Shown here in pieces: positions 26,385-35,783 of a stretch of 64,000 bases of DNA; position 1 is the first letter of the stretch, and each line of letters opens with the position of its first letter. The stretch spans positions 3,683-67,682 of the forward strand of contig JBPCKF010000106.1 of the NCBI GenBank assembly GCA_051004555.1, written 5' to 3'. Made by a program: the position numbers and the translations under genes. This DNA comes from Phycisphaerales bacterium. GTDB taxonomy: Bacteria > Planctomycetota > Phycisphaerae > Phycisphaerales > SM1A02. The notes beneath the pieces were generated by a model, which worked only from the letters and a program-made list of their open reading frames with translations, was not told the origin of the DNA and did no database searches.

Positions 26385-28496
26385 CTAACCGCCGGACGAC
26401 TTGGTCTGCGGTTCAATCACAAGATTATCAACTAAGAACTCCCAGGTCAGTGGCTGAACACTTGGGCTGCCGATGCCGTGTCCGGAGTTGGGGAAGAACA
26501 TCATGGAAAACGGCTTGCGGGCTTTCTGCAATGCATCAACCAATTGCCAGATGTTGTTGGGATGCACATTGTCATCGACCATACCGTGCAATAGAAGAAG
26601 TTTGCCGCGCAGGTTTTCTGCATAAGTCAGCGTCGAGCCATCGCGATAGCCATCTTCGTTTTCCTGCGGTGTCCGCATGAACCGCTCCGTATAGATGGTG
26701 TCGTAGTTTCGCCAGTCGGTGACCGCTGATCCTGCGACCGCAACGTGAAACACGTCGGGATATCTGAGAATGGCCAGCGCTGCCAGGTACCCGCCGTACG
26801 AATGGCCGGTGATGCCAACGCGATCGGCATCGATGTAAGGGCGTTGTGTGAGAAACTGCACACCTGCGACCTGATCGCCCAAGTCAACCGTGCCTAATTG
26901 AAGATACGTCGCTGCTTCAAACGCCTTGCCACGGTTGCGCGTGCCGCGGTTGTCGATCTCCGCGGTAATGATTCCAAATTCACAGGTTGGATCAGCTGGC
27001 CGGAAATTGGCAGAGACACCTTGCGACAGCGGCCCGCCATAGACATTAACAAGGAGCGGATATTGCTTCTCCGGATCGAAATCAGATGGTTTGAACAACT
27101 GTCCATAGAGCACCGTCTCCCCGTCATCAGCCAGGAACTGAAACAGCTCAGGCATGGGACGATCGCTCATTCTGGAAACATCCGACTCCGCAAGCACTGC
27201 GATCTCGCGGCCCTGCATGCCATACACCGCAACCGCCGGCGGCGAGTCGATCGACTGCATGGTTGCAACCACATATGTGTGGTCAGGCGAAATCTGAAAT
27301 CCGCTGTAGTTCAGATCGCGGGTGGTAATGCGCTGCTTCTGCGATCCATCAAGACGAACGCGATGCAGTTGCGCGTGAATGTGCGTCTCCGCGCTGTACG
27401 CAGTGTAATACATCCAGCCTGCATCCTCATCAATGAGGACGATGGAAGCTGCGGGGAAATTGCCCCTGCTCAGCGGGTTCAGGCGCTGGCCGTTGCGATG
27501 ACGAAGCTCAAACTGCTTCCAGCCGGTGCGCTCAGTCTCCCAGATGAATCGTTCATCGTCGCTGAGCCATCGCAACATTGGACTGTTTTCCTGCCACGAT
27601 TCCTGCTGCTCACGCACAACAGTTCTCGTCGTCTCAGCCACGGGATCAAACGCAATCACATCGAGTTTGTTCTGATGTCGATTTGTGCGGTTATACATAA
27701 GTTCGCGACTGTCGGGCGTCCAGCGAACATTGTAAATATACTGCTCGGTATCATCCCCGATCGGCACCCGAATACTGCGACGTTCACTCAGGTCATACAC
27801 ATGCAGCGCCACAATCGGATTGGCTGCACCCGGCTTGGGATATGCTTCGATGTAAAGTTCATTCTGCACGCGCGTCAGCCCAGGCGTGAGATAAAACTCC
27901 TGCACGCCAGTCTCATCAAACTCATAAAATGCCAGGTAACGCGAATCGGGTGACCACCACATTGCAGTCGTCTGCCGCAACTCTTCGCCATAGACCCAAC
28001 TGCCAGTGCCATATTTGTGCTGGCGAGTGCCATCACTCGTCACTGCAAACTCATAACTTCCATCTTCCTTCTTAAGGTGAACATTCCAGTCACGAAACTC
28101 AGCTGTCCACACCCCATCGGGCGATTGCTCGCGGTCGGACTGTCTTCCCCGGCGCACGTTTCGCCTGCCACCGCGCTGATCATTGCTGTCGCGAGCGCTG
28201 GGTGAACCTTTAGCGAGATTCTCTTCATCAATCGGAGTAAGAGCCCCTGTTGTCAGATCGATCACATAATACGAACCGTCCGAACGATACTGCATGCGCG
28301 TTCGATCATCCAGCCACACGACGTCGCTGACGCTGGCCTCTCTTACGAAATTGCGCATATCGCGCAGCGTGTCGCGATATGCCTCGTACCCGGGCAACGT
28401 TTCAAAGCGATCCTGCGCATCTGTCGGACATGCAACACACAGGTGCGCCAGAACCATCAAGGACACAATGTGTTTCTTATACTGCATCGCGGTCAT
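26385..28496 (-). CDS. dipeptidyl-peptidase IV family serine peptidase (S9B)
   Basis: 703 aa with a signal peptide. N-terminal DPP-IV beta-propeller-like region. ITGHSYGGY nucleophile elbow. C-terminal D/H blocks (GMVDDNVHP). Confidence 0.9.
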   Translation of the reverse strand: MTAMQYKKHIVSLMVLAHLCVACPTDAQDRFETLPGYEAYRDTLRDMRNFVREASVSDVVWLDDRTRMQYRSDGSYYVIDLTTGALTPIDEENLAKGSPSARDSNDQRGGRRNVRRGRQSDREQSPDGVWTAEFRDWNVHLKKEDGSYEFAVTSDGTRQHKYGTGSWVYGEELRQTTAMWWSPDSRYLAFYEFDETGVQEFYLTPGLTRVQNELYIEAYPKPGAANPIVALHVYDLSERRSIRVPIGDDTEQYIYNVRWTPDSRELMYNRTNRHQNKLDVIAFDPVAETTRTVVREQQESWQENSPMLRWLSDDERFIWETERTGWKQFELRHRNGQRLNPLSRGNFPAASIVLIDEDAGWMYYTAYSAETHIHAQLHRVRLDGSQKQRITTRDLNYSGFQISPDHTYVVATMQSIDSPPAVAVYGMQGREIAVLAESDVSRMSDRPMPELFQFLADDGETVLYGQLFKPSDFDPEKQYPLLVNVYGGPLSQGVSANFRPADPTCEFGIITAEIDNRGTRNRGKAFEAATYLQLGTVDLGDQVAGVQFLTQRPYIDADRVGITGHSYGGYLAALAILRYPDVFHVAVAGSAVTDWRNYDTIYTERFMRTPQENEDGYRDGSTLTYAENLRGKLLLLHGMVDDNVHPNNIWQLVDALQKARKPFSMMFFPNSGHGIGSPSVQPLTWEFLVDNLVIEPQTKSSGG

Positions 28497-28517
28497 TCTC
28501 TCCTGTTCGTCTCGCTT

Positions 28518-29864
28518 CTATCGTCGTCCTACAGATGGGATACTGACGAGCGAGCGATTCCCATCCTTATCATACGCGCGCACGCCGAAAAACCAGTTAT
28601 CCTTTGAGCGATCAATCGTATATTCCAGTACATTTCCGACATCAATCACTTCCTGCCACTGCGGACTCGTCGTATCGCGAACGGCGATCTCATATCCAGC
28701 CACATCCGGTTGCGGCACCTGCTCCCAGCGAAGCGTCGTCGCGCTGCTCAGGCCCGACATCACCAGCGTCACATCCGGCGCACTCGGCGAATTTGCCAAC
28801 GTTGCAAGCACAGCTCCGTTCAACGCGGTCACATCAGCCAGATATGCACCATCAACATATTCGGCCACATCGCCGTACCGCTTGTCATCAATCTCGCGGA
28901 CGTTCTGATGCTGACGATCATAATTCTCCGCAACTTCACAGAATCGAACCGCAGCATAGCCAAGATTGTTGAACGCGCTGTGGTCGCCGCCGCGAAGAAA
29001 GCGATCCGTGCGATAGATCAGCCAGGGCTGCACTGCTGTCTCGTGCCGCGCCGCGATGTCCGCTACATAACGTGCCAGCTGGCGGGATGGTGAATCATTC
29101 TCAAGCCCCAGCTGGCGAATGCGATTCAACCCGACTTCATCAATCGTGCGGGGCAGTGCTTCAGAGAACACTCGTATGCGATCGCGATCCATGCGGCCAT
29201 CGGGACCTGAAGGATCGCCAACAATGTCATTGCTGAGTGCTGCAACAATGTTCATGTTCTGGTCTTGCGCCGTTCGGGCGAACCATGTCGCTCCCAGCAG
29301 TCCCTGCTCCTCGCCCGCTGTCAGCAGAAACACTGTTGTTGCATCGCAGGGCGCTGTTGTCGCAAATATTCGTGCGAGTTCCATCACCAGTGCGGTGCCG
29401 CTGCCGTCATCATTGGCGCCGGGCGCATCGCTCTCTGCATCATTCGTGCCAGCTGCGCGCGAGTCATAATGGCCCAATACAACAAAGACGCGATCATTTG
29501 ATTCTGCGAGCGATCCGGGGATCGTCATCACAACATTCACAACCTCGATCGGATCGGGCACGCGTGAACGGGCTGGCTGTTCGTGGACCATCAGCTCGAC
29601 AACAATGTCATCGCGGCCACTGGCATCTGCGATGGCCTGCAACTCATCGCGAATCCAGCGGCGAGCTGCACCGATGCCGCGCGTCGCAGATGTCGTATCC
29701 GACAACGTGTGCCGTGTGCCAAAATCCTCCAGCCGCTCAATGATTGCCATCAGGCGATCAGCTTCGACGGCTTGAGCCACCTCATCAGAAAATGTCGGCC
29801 GCGCGGGCGGATCGTTCACACATACAGCCATCGCAGCCAGAACTGTCATCGTAATCGTGAGCAT
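28518..29864 (-). CDS. M28-family metallopeptidase with C-terminal fibronectin-III-like domain
   Basis: VVLGHYDS, NDDGSGTALVMELARIF, LLTAGEEQGLLGA. The C-terminal ~90 aa are beta-rich. Confidence 0.85.
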   Translation of the reverse strand: MLTITMTVLAAMAVCVNDPPARPTFSDEVAQAVEADRLMAIIERLEDFGTRHTLSDTTSATRGIGAARRWIRDELQAIADASGRDDIVVELMVHEQPARSRVPDPIEVVNVVMTIPGSLAESNDRVFVVLGHYDSRAAGTNDAESDAPGANDDGSGTALVMELARIFATTAPCDATTVFLLTAGEEQGLLGATWFARTAQDQNMNIVAALSNDIVGDPSGPDGRMDRDRIRVFSEALPRTIDEVGLNRIRQLGLENDSPSRQLARYVADIAARHETAVQPWLIYRTDRFLRGGDHSAFNNLGYAAVRFCEVAENYDRQHQNVREIDDKRYGDVAEYVDGAYLADVTALNGAVLATLANSPSAPDVTLVMSGLSSATTLRWEQVPQPDVAGYEIAVRDTTSPQWQEVIDVGNVLEYTIDRSKDNWFFGVRAYDKDGNRSLVSIPSVGRR

Positions 29865-29928
29865 GCCTCATCCTACCGCGCATCGCTATGGAAGTGGCAG
29901 TTGCAGGCAGCGAACCATACCATTGGCT

Positions 29929-30573
29929 ATGAACACCACCGACGAACTCACGCAACGCATCGCCCGTTTCGAGAACATGGCTGCGGCTGATCCGGACAAT
30001 GAAATGGCCCATTTCAGCCTCGGAAGCGCGTATCAATCAGCCGCGCGGCATGCAGAGGCGGCCCGCGCCTTCGAGCAGTGCATCAAGGTCAATCCCGGAA
30101 TGAGTAAGGCCTATCAGCTCGCAGGTCGAGCCATGATCGATGCTGGCTGGTCTGATAAGGCTGCGGACGTTCTCACACGCGGCTACACGATTGCAGCTGA
30201 GCGTGGCGACCGCATGCCACGTGATGCAATGGGCGCGATGCTCGAAGAGATCGGACGCACGCCACCCAAAGTTGATGAAACGAGGCCGCCCGCTGCAGCC
30301 AACGCTGATGGGAAGACTGGCAGCTTTACATGTCAACGCACAGGACGCCCCGGCACCCAACTGCCCGATCCGCCCATGCGCGGCCCTGTTGGAAAGTGGA
30401 TCTACGAGAACATTTCTGCAGAAACCTGGCGCGAGTGGATCGGCCAGGGCACGAAAGTCATCAACGAACTCCGACTCGATTTTTCGAAGGATGAAGATCA
30501 GGCGACGTACGAACAGTACATGTTCGAGCATCTCGGCATTGATCCAGACATCCGCAAGACGAGCGCAACCTGA
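29929..30573 (+). CDS. TPR-like N-terminal domain fused to YggX-type Fe(2+)-trafficking / oxidative-damage protection domain
   Basis: The C-terminal FTCQRTGRPGTQLPDPPMRGPVGKWIYENISAETWREWIGQGTKVINELRLDF...YEQYMFEHLG aligns by eye with E. coli YggX ([38 protein letters not shown]...). Confidence 0.7.
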   Translation: MNTTDELTQRIARFENMAAADPDNEMAHFSLGSAYQSAARHAEAARAFEQCIKVNPGMSKAYQLAGRAMIDAGWSDKAADVLTRGYTIAAERGDRMPRDAMGAMLEEIGRTPPKVDETRPPAAANADGKTGSFTCQRTGRPGTQLPDPPMRGPVGKWIYENISAETWREWIGQGTKVINELRLDFSKDEDQATYEQYMFEHLGIDPDIRKTSAT

Positions 30574-30616
30574 GCGGCACGCTGCACGCTGGTCCCTGCA
30601 TACATGCGGTGCAGCC

Positions 30617-33541
30617 ATGAGTGAACGAACGCCCAACTGGGAAAGAGTCAAGGACCTGGTCGGCGATGCTCTCGAACTCGAGCCCGAAGTTCGCAGCGAC
30701 TTTCTGCGCGTCCAGGCTGGTCACGACACAGAACTTCTGGCGCAGGCAGAGTCACTGTTGGCTTCGCTTGATGATGCTGGTGAGTTCCTCGGGACGCCGC
30801 CAGTCAGTCGCGGCGTCGAGTTTGAAGATTCGCAGCACGATGCCAAGGCACTGGTTGGAACAACCATCGGCCAGTATCGCATCATTCGGTTCGTGGCAGA
30901 AGGCGGCATGGGCGCGGTGTATGAAGCTGTGCAGGAGCAGACCGGACGCACTGTCGCGCTCAAACTGATGCGTCAATCGCTTGGCGATCGCGGTGCTCAT
31001 CGGCGGTTTCGGGCTGAAGTTGACATCCTGGCACGGCTGCAGCATCCTGCAATCGCCCAGATGTTTGATGCAGGAATGCATGCGGACACATCCGGCCCAG
31101 CGGTCCCCTACTTTGTGATGGAGTTCATTGATGGCGTCAAGCTCACGCAGTATGTCGAGGAGCAGGGCCTTTCAGTTCGATCGCGTCTTGAGCTGCTGAT
31201 GCGGATATGCGAAGGCGTTCACTTTGCCCATCAGAAGGGCATTGTCCATCGTGATCTCAAGCCGGACAATATTCTGGTTGATGCATCGCGTCACCCCAAG
31301 ATTCTCGACTTTGGCATCGCACGTATTACTTCCTCAGATGTGAACGCAGCAACAATGCACACTGAGATCGGCCAGATTCTGGGGACGATTTCGTATATGA
31401 GTCCCGAGCAGGTGACGGGCGATCCCGATGCAATCGACGTTCGCGCTGATGTGTATGCACTTGGCGTGATTATTTTTCAGACGCTCACTGGCGAGTTGCC
31501 ACATGACTTACGCAGGGTGTCGTTGCTCGAAGCTGTTCGCATCATTCGCGAGACTGATGCACCAACAATGGTCAGCCTCTCCCGTGAATATCGTGGCGAT
31601 ATTGATACCATCGTTGCCAAGGCGCTCGAAAAAGATAAGGATCACCGCTATCAGTCCGCGTCGGAGCTGGCAGCTGACATTCGTCGCATGCTGGCTGATG
31701 AACCGATTCTTGCAAGGCCGCCCAGTGCGATGTACCAGTTGCGCAAGTTTGCCAGGCGCAATCGCGGACTTGTCGCAGGTGTGGCAGCTGCGTTTGTGGT
31801 CCTCGTGGCAGGTGTGATCGGAACCACGGTTGCATTGATTGATGCCAGAGAGGAATGGCAGCGCGCAGAGACAGCGCTTGCGAAGGTCACCATCGCTGAG
31901 CAGACAGCCGCGGCCCAGCGAGATCGCGCGATGGCTGCAGAGCAAAACGCAGCCCGCGAACGAGATCGCGCACTTGATGCAGAATCCGCAACCGCAATCG
32001 AACGCGACCGCGCTGTTGATGCGGAAAGGCAAGCCACCGCAGTCGCAGTCTTCCTGGAAGAAATGATGGCAACGCCCGATCCTGAAGTCAGTGGCAGGGC
32101 CATCACCATGAAAGAAGTCATCGATCTCAAAGCAGGCGAGATCGACACACGCTTTGCAGATGATCCTGCTGTTGCAGGCAGACTGCATTCAGCCATTGGC
32201 TGGACCTACTTCAGCCTCGGCGAATACAGCACCGCAGAGCGACATATGCGCCGCGCACTGTCACTCAAATCCACAATGTTCGGCCCGCTCGCAGTCCAAA
32301 CGCTTGATGAAGAGACGCATCTGGCCCAGGTGTTGCTCTGGAACTCACAAGCTGATGAGGCAGATACCCTCACAGAGAAAACACTGCGCGACGCACTTGA
32401 AGCGCTCGGCCCATTGCATGAAACAACGATTCTTGCGCGGCAGAATCGGGCAACCTATTACCAACTGGTCTCGCGCATTGAAGAGTCTCTGACAGAAATG
32501 GAAACGGTGATCGCAGCCTGGCAGCAACTCGAAGGTCAAGCCAGCAACCTGCTCACTGCCATGAACCTGTACGGCACCATGCTCACCGATGCGGGATATT
32601 ACGAAGAGGCGTACGCAATCACCAAGGAACTGTACGAACTCAAGCTCGAACAGAAAGGTGAACTGCATCCCGACACAGTGCTCGAACTGGGAAACCGTGG
32701 CAGCGCAGCTGCAAACGTCGGCCGCACCGATGAAGCGCTCGAACACCTGGAGAAGGCGCTCGAACAGGCAGACGTTGTCTGGGGCGAGCAGCATCCACAC
32801 TACATCAGCACGCTCAACCTGTATGGGTCAACATTGACGCAGGCCCAGCGCTATGACGAAGCACTGGCAGTCACGACTCGACAATATCAGCTTTGCCTCG
32901 ATGTGTTCGACGAGATGCACGCTGAGACTGTGCAGACATTGAACAATCAGATTGTGAATCTAATGTATCTGAAGCGATTCGAAGATGCCCTCCCACTGGC
33001 ACGAACACTCGTCGAGCGCGCCATTGCCACACTGGGCGAGGATGCGTTCTTTACCTGGAAAGCCATGGACACTTTGGGCAACGCACTTTCGGGCAATGGC
33101 GAATACAGCGAAGCAGCCCAATGGCACGAACGATCCTATGAGATCGGCAAAGCACAGCTCGGGCCCGATCATCCCAGCGTCATCGTGCCGCTGAACAACT
33201 ATGCGTTTTCCATTCTCTCGCTGGGAGAGGCTGAGCAGGCTGTCGAACTCTTTCGTGATGTCTTGAATCGATACACAACCGCCAATCCGCACGACGCTGC
33301 TGGAGCAGCAATCATCAAGGGGAACGTCGCGCTGGCATTGTTTGAAGCCGGGCAGAATGATGAAGCACTGACAGTCGCGCGGGAAACATTGCTCGAACAC
33401 GAGCAGGTCTTCGGCCCTGACGCTGCAATCACGCTCAAAGCAGGTCGTCGCCTGGCCCGTGTGATGGAAGCATTGAACCTTTCCCATGAAGCCAGAACAC
33501 TGCGGGACCGCGTCGGACCCGATCAGGAGGATGATCGCTGA
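30617..33541 (+). CDS. Ser/Thr protein kinase with TM segment, Arg/Asp/Ala-rich coiled coil and C-terminal TPR array
   Basis: HRDLKPDNILV, DFGIA, GTISYMSPEQ. Start set at MSERTPNWERVKDL (ATG 30617); the upstream part of the track ORF overlaps the YggX-fusion gene. Confidence 0.9.
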   Translation: MSERTPNWERVKDLVGDALELEPEVRSDFLRVQAGHDTELLAQAESLLASLDDAGEFLGTPPVSRGVEFEDSQHDAKALVGTTIGQYRIIRFVAEGGMGAVYEAVQEQTGRTVALKLMRQSLGDRGAHRRFRAEVDILARLQHPAIAQMFDAGMHADTSGPAVPYFVMEFIDGVKLTQYVEEQGLSVRSRLELLMRICEGVHFAHQKGIVHRDLKPDNILVDASRHPKILDFGIARITSSDVNAATMHTEIGQILGTISYMSPEQVTGDPDAIDVRADVYALGVIIFQTLTGELPHDLRRVSLLEAVRIIRETDAPTMVSLSREYRGDIDTIVAKALEKDKDHRYQSASELAADIRRMLADEPILARPPSAMYQLRKFARRNRGLVAGVAAAFVVLVAGVIGTTVALIDAREEWQRAETALAKVTIAEQTAAAQRDRAMAAEQNAARERDRALDAESATAIERDRAVDAERQATAVAVFLEEMMATPDPEVSGRAITMKEVIDLKAGEIDTRFADDPAVAGRLHSAIGWTYFSLGEYSTAERHMRRALSLKSTMFGPLAVQTLDEETHLAQVLLWNSQADEADTLTEKTLRDALEALGPLHETTILARQNRATYYQLVSRIEESLTEMETVIAAWQQLEGQASNLLTAMNLYGTMLTDAGYYEEAYAITKELYELKLEQKGELHPDTVLELGNRGSAAANVGRTDEALEHLEKALEQADVVWGEQHPHYISTLNLYGSTLTQAQRYDEALAVTTRQYQLCLDVFDEMHAETVQTLNNQIVNLMYLKRFEDALPLARTLVERAIATLGEDAFFTWKAMDTLGNALSGNGEYSEAAQWHERSYEIGKAQLGPDHPSVIVPLNNYAFSILSLGEAEQAVELFRDVLNRYTTANPHDAAGAAIIKGNVALALFEAGQNDEALTVARETLLEHEQVFGPDAAITLKAGRRLARVMEALNLSHEARTLRDRVGPDQEDDR

Positions 33542-33621
33542 TCTGCACACCCTGGGGTGGCGCACTATTTGCATCATGCGGTGCAGTCTGGCCCACGCCG
33601 CGCAGCCGAAGTCCTGATCAT

Positions 33622-33643
33622 CACACACACACACACACACACA
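33622..33643. repeat. (CA)11 dinucleotide microsatellite
   Basis: cacacacacacacacacacaca read directly. It ends 12 nt before ATG 33656 and abuts the AAGGTG ribosome-binding-like sequence. Confidence 0.95.
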
Positions 33644-33655
33644 AGGTGCCACGTC

Positions 33656-34153
33656 ATGCCAATCCCGGGACCCACCATTCAGACACTGCAAAGCGGATAC
33701 CCTCAAAGCGACCTTCAGACCGTGATGAAGGACATTGTGCCCGCAAAGCACTGGCTGCAAAGCGCTGAAGATCCCAACACCTGCGCCATCAGGCTCAGCC
33801 ACGCGTTCAACCATGCCAAGGTGCCGATCCGAGCGCGATCCGGCGTCGGGATGTTCAAAGGCAACGATGACCTTCGCTACATCTACCGCGCAGATGAGTT
33901 TGTCGATTACGTCACAGCCCTCTATGGCAAGCCAGACATCACACAGACCTCACGATCACACAAGCCCGCAGAGATTCGTCAGGCCATCGCAGGAAGTCCG
34001 GGCGTGCTCTTCTTCAAACTCGCAAGGACCCGCAAAGGCAAGAGCGTCGACCTCTCCGCATTCGGCCACGCTGACATCTGGGACGGCTCGACTGTCTGGT
34101 ACAACCCGACAGTGTGGGACCGCACCTGGCATGTGCAGTTGTGGACTGTGTGA
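33656..34153 (+). CDS. Tae4-family (T6SS amidase effector 4-like) peptidoglycan amidase homologue
   Basis: NTCAIRLSHAFNHAKVPI, LRYIYRADEFVDYVTALYGKPD and GHADIWDGS parallel NACPIRMSYVLNATGFPI, KFYIYRVNDMIDYLTHTMGKPD and GHVTLWNGS as I recall Salmonella Tae4. The Cys and His catalytic positions are conserved. No signal peptide. Confidence 0.65.
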   Translation: MPIPGPTIQTLQSGYPQSDLQTVMKDIVPAKHWLQSAEDPNTCAIRLSHAFNHAKVPIRARSGVGMFKGNDDLRYIYRADEFVDYVTALYGKPDITQTSRSHKPAEIRQAIAGSPGVLFFKLARTRKGKSVDLSAFGHADIWDGSTVWYNPTVWDRTWHVQLWTV

Positions 34154-34195
34154 GTGACGTGTCATGCACACGTATTGCCGCACAACACTCCACAC

Positions 34196-35386
34196 TCACG
34201 CAGCTGGCGGCAGGGCAAGGACACGATCAACAACATGCGCGCGCCCCGCGCCAGCCTCGAGCATGCCGCGACTCACATCCCACTTCCCACACGCACCAGG
34301 GGGCAACATGCGCGCAACCTCATTGAAATCTTCCATATAACGGTCGCGAACATCACGCGCTGCTGCAACATGCTCAGGAAGATACTTCGCACGCTCTTTC
34401 TTTGGCGTCGACACACGCTTGCGCTCTTTCGCCTCTTCAGCACGAATCGCTTCCTCAAGCGCAAAGGTATCAGGATGCGGAACATGCTTGATGCGGCCGC
34501 CAACCACCACACCAACATAGCCACGGGGCGTGCCACCAAGGTGCTTCGATTCAACACGCTCCCTTGCTGCATGCGCCTCTCGAGGACGCACCAGTGCACC
34601 ACCAGCCAATGTCTTCTTCGCAACGTCCTCTTCCGGCTTCTTCCCCGCTGCAAGCGCATCGGCTTCGTGCACTTCCAGCAATGGCACAACCAGAGGCATG
34701 GGATCACGCCAATGCACACCAGGCGGGATCGGCAACACAATCCGCTCTTCCGACACTGCACCCGAATCAGTACGATGCGGATACCAATACGGCGTTGTCG
34801 TATCTTCTGCGTGCACACGACGCTGCCAGAAGATATGAATGCGCTGCTTGCCGCGTGAACCCGTCCGGAACGCAATCGGCACAAAACCCACCGACTCCCA
34901 GAAATAGTTTGCACGAATATCCTGTGCACACCAGCAGCAATACAATTTACATCCATATGCAGAGCGCGAAAACGCTTCGTGCAGCAGACGCGCACCAATC
35001 AGTCGCCGCTGCTCCACAGGCGAGACGTTGAGTTGATAAATAATGCCCAGGTGATCGCGATGCTTATATTCATCGCGGTGAATGATATATCCCAACGGCT
35101 GTCGCGCATCATCTGCGCTCTCAGCCAAAAGCACGTGGCCGCGCGACAGATAGGTCTGGATCGCTCCCCTGCGGAGAAACCCCACCATGTGCGAGTGCAT
35201 CTTCTGCAACATATCAACAAATGCATAATCATCCAGCGTCGCAACCCGAACCGCAACCTCGCCATCGCGGCGAGGCGAGGCAAGCACAGGCGCACACGAA
35301 CCATCCTGCCGCACCGGCAGCGATGCATGACGCATGTTCTCAGGATGAAACAGAGCAGGCAACTGATCGGGCGTCATCATCGACAT
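34196..35386 (-). CDS. GNAT-type N-acetyltransferase domain protein with Lys/Glu/Arg-rich C-terminal region
   Basis: VRVATLDDYAFVDMLQ ... GYIIHRDEY ... IYQLNVSPVEQRRLIGARLLHEAF ... ANYFWESVGFVPIAF resembles a GNAT core. Start set at MSMMTPDQ (GGAG upstream). The ORF stays open to 36196 through the 21-bp array, so the true start is uncertain. Confidence 0.6.
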   Translation of the reverse strand: MSMMTPDQLPALFHPENMRHASLPVRQDGSCAPVLASPRRDGEVAVRVATLDDYAFVDMLQKMHSHMVGFLRRGAIQTYLSRGHVLLAESADDARQPLGYIIHRDEYKHRDHLGIIYQLNVSPVEQRRLIGARLLHEAFSRSAYGCKLYCCWCAQDIRANYFWESVGFVPIAFRTGSRGKQRIHIFWQRRVHAEDTTTPYWYPHRTDSGAVSEERIVLPIPPGVHWRDPMPLVVPLLEVHEADALAAGKKPEEDVAKKTLAGGALVRPREAHAARERVESKHLGGTPRGYVGVVVGGRIKHVPHPDTFALEEAIRAEEAKERKRVSTPKKERAKYLPEHVAAARDVRDRYMEDFNEVARMLPPGACGKWDVSRGMLEAGAGRAHVVDRVLALPPAA

Positions 35387-35783
35387 GACAGAAACTCCGA
35401 ATAAAGGGACAAGAAGAACCAAACCGCACCCCAGTCCAGCCGAGAATGCAGCCACTTTCGCCCCTCCCTCAACTCCGTCGTGATCAGATATCGAACGTTC
35501 CCCATCGTGACTTGAGGCAATATTCACCTGACCGCAGAAAATGCAACCAAAGCCCCTTGCTCTCGCGGCTGCGCCCCCAGCCTGGACGATGAATGAATGA
35601 GCGTGGCGGAGATCAGAGCCGCGACCGTAAAGGAGCGGTTTCCCACCGGATGCGTCCATCGCGCGAAAACGCTTCCTGACGGGGGCGGCTCTGATACCGC
35701 TGGGAAAGGTATGGTCTGGATTGCGCAGCCGCATGAGAGCAGCGCGCACACCCCACGCAGGCGCATGTTCGGGCGTTGCGCTC

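Noticed and set aside
26898-27953. 351-aa + strand ORF
   Set aside because: It is antisense to the DPP-IV peptidase gene and has no motifs.
34154-34858. 234-aa + strand ORF immediately downstream of the Tae4-like gene, considered as a possible immunity gene
   Set aside because: It is antisense to the better-supported GNAT-domain gene, His/Arg/Cys-rich with no signal peptide, and reads like a shadow frame.
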